Assembly (NCBI GenBank): GCA_965213745.1
Contig: CBDBZZ010000058.1
Span: 67,638-131,637 of the forward strand
Direction: 5' to 3'
Origin: Bryobacterales bacterium
Lineage (GTDB): Bacteria; Acidobacteriota; Terriglobia; Bryobacterales; UBA6623
DNA: 64,000 nucleotides
Numbering within the stretch: position 1 is the first letter of the stretch; every line of letters starts with the position of its first letter. A program made the translations under genes and the position numbers. The notes under the pieces are model-generated. The model was not told where the DNA came from, made no database searches, and saw nothing but the letters and a program-made list of their open reading frames with translations. Positions 58,274 to 64,000 of this stretch are shown piece by piece.

Positions 58274-61200
58274 GTGGTCCGGAGCTTAGATCGCCGGAGC
58301 TTTCTGGCCTGGCTGGCGTCGGGTGCCGCCTTCCGGCCGAGCCCTGCTCCTGGGGCCGCCGAGTTCCGCGTTCAGTTCCGCCAGCCAGGCCCCTGCGCCG
58401 AATTGCTGCCTCTGGTCGATCCCAGTCAGGACAGCTTCGAGCTCGAGAAGCAGGGCATGGGGATCGAGAGGTCCCTGCGAGGGCTGCTGGAAGGTGGCGA
58501 GTTGCCCTTGGATGCAGGCTTCAGCGGCCTGTCGCCGATGCCGGCGAGGTACACCGAGGCGGACGGGGCTCTGATCGCGGAATTCGACCCGGCCGACCGG
58601 GGCTTCCGGGTGGGCCTCCGGCGCTGGCTGGAGGCGCTCGGGTCTGTGCGTCGGGCCGGGTTCCATGCTCTCCCTGGGGGCTTGGTGCGCTACGAGGTCG
58701 CTGCTGCGGGCGGCGGCGGGCCAACCTACCGTGTGGGGCACTGGCGGCTCGTTTGGAGAGACGGCAGGCTCCTTGCGTTCGAGCCGATCGACGAGACTCT
58801 GGTCGAGGCTGACGAGCCGCTGTTCGCCGACGCGACCTCGGAGCTGTTTGGGAACCTGCCTAGCTTTGGTGCGCAGCTCGCGAAGGGCATTCCGTACTGG
58901 CGTTCTCGGATGGACCTCGCTTCTGGAATCGGGGTCTACGGCAATCAAGGCATTGCGGTCGGCGACATTGACGCAGATGGCTGGGATGAAGTCTATGTCT
59001 GCCAGCCCGGAGGGTTGCCTAACCGGCTGTACGGACGCGGCAGCGACGGGGCTTGGGCGGATCTGACCGATGCGGCCGGAGTTGGAGTGTTGGACGACAC
59101 GGCGCAGGCCCTATTCGTCGACCTCCGGAACCTTGGCAGGCAGGACCTCGTTGTGCTTGCTGCCAGCGGGCCGCTGCTGTATCTCAATGACGGTGCCGGG
59201 CGCTTTCGCCACAGTCCAAACGCCTTCCGGTACCGGACGGAGCCCCAGGGCACCTTCGCCGGAATGGCCGCGGCAGACTTCGACCGCGACGGCAAGCTCG
59301 ACTTGTACGTTTGCTCCTACTTGTACTTCCAAAGCGAGGACCAGTACCGCTACCCAGTGCCCTATCACGACGCCGTGAACGGACCTCCGAACTTCCTGTT
59401 CCGCAACCGGCTCCGCAAAGACGGGTCGGGCTATTTGGAAGATGCGACGGAGGAGGCCGGATTCGCCGAGAATAACGACCGCTACAGCTTCGCCGCCGCG
59501 TGGTGCGACTACGACGAGGACGGCTGGCCGGAGCTCTATGTGGCCAACGACTTCGGCTGCAACAACCTGTACAAGTTCCAGGACGGCCGGTTTCGCGACA
59601 TAGCTGAGCAGGCCGGCGTGACGGACATGGGACCGGGAATGAGCGCTGCTTGGTTCGATTACGACCGGAACGGCCGTTTGGATCTCTACGTTACCAACAT
59701 GTGGACGGCGGCGGGTCAGCGGGTGACCAACGACCCCGCCTTCGGGCCTAAAGGAAAGGGTGTGGCCCACGATGCCTACCACGGCCACACGAAAGGCAAC
59801 TCGCTGTACCGCAACGCGGGCGACGGCACCTTTGAGCCCGTGGGCGCGCGCGAGGGCGTCGAAATGGGGCGCTGGTCCTGGGCCGGCGACGCCTTCGATT
59901 TCGACCTAGACGGCACTCCGGAGATCCTGGTCGCGGCGGGGATGATGACGCATGCCCCGGACAAGGACCTGTGTAGCTTTTTCTGGCGGCGGGTGGTGTC
60001 CCAGTCTCCAGGCGAGGCCAAGCCCGCGCCAAGTTACGAGACCGGTTGGAATTGTCTCAACGAGCTAATCCGGGAGGACTATAGCTGGAATGGCAATGAG
60101 CCCAATGTCTTTTACGTCCGGCGGGGCGGGCGGTACCGGGATGCCTCGGGCGTGTCAGGCCTTGACCGAGCCCTCGACAGCCGGGCGTTCGCGGTCACCG
60201 ACTTCGACGGGGACGGACGGCCCGACATCTTCCTGAAGAGTCGCTTGGGGCCCCAGCTGGTCGCGCTCCGCAACGCATCGGCCGGGCGCCGCCAACCCTT
60301 GGTGGTGGAACTGGTCGGAGTCCGGTCGAACCGGGACGCCGTGGGGGCCATCGTGAAAGTCGAGACCGCAGACGGAGTCTCGGCGCAGGTGCTGGCCGCC
60401 GGGTCAGGGTACATCTCGCAGCACACGAAGCGGTTGCACTTCGGCTTGGGCGAAAACGCGAAGGCCCGCGCTGTCACCGTGCTGTGGCCGTCCGGCGAGC
60501 GCCGAGCGTACCACGGCCTCGCGGCGGGGTTTCGGTACCGCTTCCGTGAGGGGGATGCGGCCTACGAGCAATTCCCCGTGGATGCCCCCCGTGCGCGAAC
60601 GCTGTCGCGCGATGTCGTGCAGGGCCGCAACGAATTGGTTTTCGAGCCGACTTGGCTGCTGGAACCTGTGCCTCTGCCCGAACGCCACGAGGCGGGATTC
60701 CTTTGCTTGGCGGAAGGAGACATCGCTGCGCGCTCCGGGGCGGCGCCGTTCCGGGTCATCGACCTGAGGGCCGCCGCCTCGCACCGGGCTGCGGCTTTCG
60801 CTCTGTTTCGGCGGTACCTGTTCGACTACCGCACGGGCCTACGCTTGCCGTTGGTCTTCCTTGTCGATGATCGCAGCCGGGTCCACAAGGTGTACCCGCA
60901 GGTCCCCGGCGCAGCCTCCATGGCGCGAGACTGGGAGGCCATGCGGCAGCCCGACCGGGATGCGCTCGCACTGCCGTTCGGCGGGCAATACCACTCTCGG
61001 CCCGGCCGGAACCACTTCCGATTGGGCTCGGCGTTCATGCAGGCCGGCTACCCGGAGCTGGCGCTGCCGTATCTGGCCGAAACCGTCGCCCGCCAGCCGG
61101 GGAACTTCAAGGCGCGGCTAGCCGTGGGGCAGATCCATTTGCGGGCGGGCCGATTGGAGCGTGCCGAGGAGGAGCTCGGACGGGCCGCGGAGCTGCGACG

Positions 61201-61759
61201 CGACTCCCCGCAGTTGTGGAACAACTTCGGCGGCATCGCCATGGCGCGGGAAGACTTCAGCGCCGCCGCGGAGTACTTCGGACGGGCGCTGGAACTGAAC
61301 GGGGACCTCCCGTACGCGCTGGTCAACGCAGCGCAAGCCCAGCAGCGCCTTGGGAATCCCGTCGAGGCGGAGCGGCTGCTGCGGCGGGCGCTGGAACTGG
61401 ACGAGGCGGATGCAGAAGCTGCCAACAAGCTAGGCTTGGTGCTGGCCCGGGGAGGCCGTCTCGAGGAGGCTCGCAAGCTGTTCGAGCAAGCGATCGCACA
61501 CCAGCGCGACCATGCCGAAGCGATCAACAACCTGGCTGTCCTCTACATGCAGTCCAGGCAGCTCGGGGATGCCATCGCGGCGTTTCGCTACGGCATCGAA
61601 CAGGTTCCGGAAGCTCCTGCGTTCTACATGAACCTCGCTCGCATCTACGCGGACACCGGCGACTACGCCAGCGCCAAGGAAGTACTCAGGAGCCTGCTGG
61701 AGCGGAGGCCGGAGCATGCGGCTGCCCGGAGAGCTCTGACCCAGCTGCAGGCGTATTGA
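58274..61759 (+). CDS. CRTAC1-family protein: FG-GAP/VCBS repeats, UnbV/ASPIC domain and C-terminal TPR repeats
   Basis: Tat-like signal RRSFLAWLASGAAF. Repeated calcium-binding loops are DIDADGWDEVYV, DFDRDGKLDLYV, DYDEDGWPELYV, DYDRNGRLDLYV, DFDLDGTPEILV and DFDGDGRPDIFL. The ASPIC block is NRDAVGAIVKVETADG...GSGYISQHTKRLHFGLG...VTVLWPSGE. Several TPR units precede the C-terminus. Confidence 0.85.
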   Translation: MVRSLDRRSFLAWLASGAAFRPSPAPGAAEFRVQFRQPGPCAELLPLVDPSQDSFELEKQGMGIERSLRGLLEGGELPLDAGFSGLSPMPARYTEADGALIAEFDPADRGFRVGLRRWLEALGSVRRAGFHALPGGLVRYEVAAAGGGGPTYRVGHWRLVWRDGRLLAFEPIDETLVEADEPLFADATSELFGNLPSFGAQLAKGIPYWRSRMDLASGIGVYGNQGIAVGDIDADGWDEVYVCQPGGLPNRLYGRGSDGAWADLTDAAGVGVLDDTAQALFVDLRNLGRQDLVVLAASGPLLYLNDGAGRFRHSPNAFRYRTEPQGTFAGMAAADFDRDGKLDLYVCSYLYFQSEDQYRYPVPYHDAVNGPPNFLFRNRLRKDGSGYLEDATEEAGFAENNDRYSFAAAWCDYDEDGWPELYVANDFGCNNLYKFQDGRFRDIAEQAGVTDMGPGMSAAWFDYDRNGRLDLYVTNMWTAAGQRVTNDPAFGPKGKGVAHDAYHGHTKGNSLYRNAGDGTFEPVGAREGVEMGRWSWAGDAFDFDLDGTPEILVAAGMMTHAPDKDLCSFFWRRVVSQSPGEAKPAPSYETGWNCLNELIREDYSWNGNEPNVFYVRRGGRYRDASGVSGLDRALDSRAFAVTDFDGDGRPDIFLKSRLGPQLVALRNASAGRRQPLVVELVGVRSNRDAVGAIVKVETADGVSAQVLAAGSGYISQHTKRLHFGLGENAKARAVTVLWPSGERRAYHGLAAGFRYRFREGDAAYEQFPVDAPRARTLSRDVVQGRNELVFEPTWLLEPVPLPERHEAGFLCLAEGDIAARSGAAPFRVIDLRAAASHRAAAFALFRRYLFDYRTGLRLPLVFLVDDRSRVHKVYPQVPGAASMARDWEAMRQPDRDALALPFGGQYHSRPGRNHFRLGSAFMQAGYPELALPYLAETVARQPGNFKARLAVGQIHLRAGRLERAEEELGRAAELRRDSPQLWNNFGGIAMAREDFSAAAEYFGRALELNGDLPYALVNAAQAQQRLGNPVEAERLLRRALELDEADAEAANKLGLVLARGGRLEEARKLFEQAIAHQRDHAEAINNLAVLYMQSRQLGDAIAAFRYGIEQVPEAPAFYMNLARIYADTGDYASAKEVLRSLLERRPEHAAARRALTQLQAY

Positions 61760-62347
61760 TCCGAGCTCGCGAAAACTCTCGCGCCGCAAGGAGCATGGCC
61801 AAGGCCGCAGTTCCGCAGGCAACCTACAGCTTGGCGGCCGAGCCAGCACCGCCGCCTTGCGGGAGCTCAGCGGCGCATCAGGTGCGCTGGTCCCTCGGCG
61901 GAGGTTGCGGATCTCTGCACTGCCGCCGGCGGCCTCCCGGGCAGGCGTAGATCGTCAGCCGCAGCTCGGCGTTGTCGAACGGCCGATACTCGGGCTCTCT
62001 GCCGGAGACTCGCCGGCAGTTCTCCAGGATGAGGCTGACGCCCTCGCCGCGCTTGCCCCTCAGAGTCAGCCGGTCTGTTCGCCGCCATGGAAGGTTCCCG
62101 GGCACGGGTATTGGCCGGAAGCGCTGCCGGTTCCGCACCGCCAGCCTGTGTTCCAGCGCCGCCGGAGGGCGGCGGAGTGCCGCAAGGCCCCACGTGCGGC
62201 TGCGAGCGCACCGGCGTTAGGCTGCCGGCCCGCCGCTCGATCCCGAGCACTCCGCCGGACGCCTGCGGTCCCATTGCCCGGCTGATCTCGGAGACAGCTG
62301 TCGGCTCCCGACGAACCTGCGGCCGCGGACCTCTTCTGTGGGAGCGC

Positions 62348-64000
62348 CTACTGCACAGAAAGCTCCACTTGCCACACGCCGCGAGGCTGCGAACCGTCCG
62401 TCAAGCTCGCTTCAAAGCTTCCTTCCCCCCGTTCCAGGATTACTCCTGCAAACCCGACCCGCTCCGTCCCGGGTTCCACCGGCACGGTTTGCTCGAACCC
62501 CCGGAAGGCGATCCTCGCTGTCCCCGGCTGTGCGGCAGGGCCGTCGAAAGTTACCGAAATGTTGTAGGGCCCCACGGATTCGCTCACCACTTCCCAACGA
62601 CCAAGGACCGGTTCGCCTCTGCCCCAACCGTCAGGGGTCACCATGCGCCAGTCCTGCCGGGTGAGCGTTACCTGAGGCTGTTGGTCGCTGCCGATCGCGA
62701 AGCGCACCGCGTGGTAGCCGCGGGTCGCGGAGACATCTTCAAACCAGTTCTCGTAGCCGGCCTTGAGGCGGTCGACCACACTTGGATGCGCGGAGGCTAG
62801 GTTGGTCGTCTCGCCTGGGTCGGCGACCAGGTCGTAGAGCTCCAGGGGCGCTTCCGGCGGGGCAGGCCGCCTGAAGCTCAGCGCCTGCACGAGCTTGTAC
62901 TGCTGCTCCACGGCTGCGAACGCCCGGTAGGGTTCGGGCTGGTTGCCGCGGTGCGCTTGCACGAAGTACGTGCGCTCGTGGGGAGTCCCCTCGCGCCCCT
63001 CCCACAGGGGCAGCAGGTTTTCCCCGTCCAACTCCAGCTCGGGGGGCGCCTCCGCTCCGGCCGCAGCCAGCAGCGTCGGCGTGATGTCGATGTGGGCGCC
63101 GAGCCGGTCCGTCTGACGCGGAGTGAGCCGTGCGGGCCACCGGACGAAGAACGGAGCCCGGATTCCGTTCTCGTAGACGCTGCCCTTCTCGGCCCGGAGC
63201 CCGGCATGGTACAGCCGGGTCGTCGGGCCGTTGTCGGTCATGAAGATGAAGATTGTGTTGGCGGCCAGCGCGGTTGCGTCCAAATGGGCCAGCAGCTTGC
63301 CCACGTTGTCGTCGATGTTGCTGATCATCCCGTAGATCCGGGCGTCCTTGTCCTCCAAGCCTTGTTCGGCGTAGGGTTCCCGATAGGAGTCCGGCACGAG
63401 GTAAGGCGAGTGCGGGGCATTCGTGGGGATATACGCGAAAAACGGACCTCCTCCGCCGTCGCCGATCCAGCGGATCGCTTCTTCGAAGTACACGTCCGTG
63501 CAGTAGCCGCTGTATCGCTTCTGCTCCCCGTTGTGGAAGAGGATGGGGTCGAAGTAGTCCGAGCCGGGCGGATCGGACGGCTGGCCGATGCCGCCGCCCT
63601 TATGGACAACGGATTCCCCGAACCCCTGGTCGGCGCTGCGCAGGGGGTAGTTGTCGCCGAGATGCCACTTGCCGAAGACCCCCGTCCGGTAACCCTTGTC
63701 GCGCAGCAATTCCGCGATGGTCACCTCCGACGGGTCCATCATCGCCCGCCCGAGGTAGGTGTCCACGACTCCGGTGCGGTAGTTGTACCGCCCGGTCAGC
63801 AGCGCGGCGCGCGTCGGCGCGCAGACCGGGGAAACATAGAACCGCGTCATCTCCACGCTCGCGGCGGCTAGCGCGTCTAGGTGGGGCGTTCTCAGCACCG
63901 GGTCGCCGTGCGCCCCGAGTTGCGCCCAGCCTTGGTCGTCGGTCATGATCAGAACGATACTGGGGAGGTCTGCTCGATTCGCCCCCGGAGGGCCGCAGGC
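62348..64000 (-). CDS. Arylsulfatase (formylglycine-dependent sulfatase family), N-terminus outside the window
   Basis: IVLIMTDDQGW..., the sulfatase signature SPVCAPTRAALLTGR, and GKWHLG. The reading frame continues open to nt 64000. Confidence 0.88.
   Translation of the reverse strand, partial: ACGPPGANRADLPSIVLIMTDDQGWAQLGAHGDPVLRTPHLDALAAASVEMTRFYVSPVCAPTRAALLTGRYNYRTGVVDTYLGRAMMDPSEVTIAELLRDKGYRTGVFGKWHLGDNYPLRSADQGFGESVVHKGGGIGQPSDPPGSDYFDPILFHNGEQKRYSGYCTDVYFEEAIRWIGDGGGGPFFAYIPTNAPHSPYLVPDSYREPYAEQGLEDKDARIYGMISNIDDNVGKLLAHLDATALAANTIFIFMTDNGPTTRLYHAGLRAEKGSVYENGIRAPFFVRWPARLTPRQTDRLGAHIDITPTLLAAAGAEAPPELELDGENLLPLWEGREGTPHERTYFVQAHRGNQPEPYRAFAAVEQQYKLVQALSFRRPAPPEAPLELYDLVADPGETTNLASAHPSVVDRLKAGYENWFEDVSATRGYHAVRFAIGSDQQPQVTLTRQDWRMVTPDGWGRGEPVLGRWEVVSESVGPYNISVTFDGPAAQPGTARIAFRGFEQTVPVEPGTERVGFAGVILERGEGSFEASLTDGSQPRGVWQVELSVQ

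Noticed and set aside
61760-62347. 86-aa minus-strand ORF 61878..62138 (...RLTLRGKRGEGVSLILENCRRVSGREPEYRPFDNAELRLTIYA) between the CRTAC1-like and sulfatase genes
   Set aside because: It has a moderately protein-like stretch but no recognisable motif. It has no convincing start context and lies in a region where several frames are open. It could be a gene remnant, but the evidence is not sufficient.

Overview
This is a high-GC bacterial chromosomal segment. Sampled 60-nt lines in core genes are about 68% G+C. The source is most likely an Acidobacteriota genome, judging from a CarboxypepD_reg-type TonB-dependent receptor, a TIGR03436-like VWFA-related acidobacterial C-terminal domain, DUF1501/DUF1552/DUF1592 genes and a CRTAC1/ASPIC protein. 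Core content I can support: a complete suf Fe-S cluster operon (sufB-sufC-sufD-sufS-DUF59-Rrf2-apbC); grpE-dnaJ; accA; tRNA-Ser(GGA); a MetE-like methyltransferase; a nucleotidyltransferase plus long phosphohexomutase pair; a LarA-family gene followed by 2-oxoacid dehydrogenase E1 alpha/beta and a PQQ dehydrogenase; an AGCS symporter; and several secreted or envelope proteins (DUF1080, DUF1552, DUF1592, TonB receptor, BON+VWA, BNR/sialidase-like, CRTAC1-like, sulfatase). The window also carries a lot of mobile-element debris. There are two structurally intact IS630 elements with TA duplications. There are at least three decayed paralogues of an IS1182/IS5-like transposase, plus extra solo copies of its roughly 25-nt terminal box. 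There is an internally deleted IS1634-like element and a 244-bp miniature derivative, IS1380 and ISAs1 fragments, and two AT-rich repeat modules. There are two small accessory islands. The first (3.9-5.8 kb) is a low-GC cargo holding an AlbA_2/HATPase_c_4 gene and a truncated SMC-like ATPase, lying between two transposase remnants. The second (8.1-14.8 kb) holds a helicase fragment, an ORC/Cdc6-like ATPase split by IS630, and a RecA/RepA-like AAA_25 ATPase with an unusual acidic insertion. A Fic gene is disrupted by two frameshifts. I saw no rRNA and no CRISPR array. I did not find a convincing intact multi-gene novel system; the most interesting candidates are degraded or fragmentary and are listed as findings with that caveat. 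All family assignments rest on motif recognition from memory, not on database searches.
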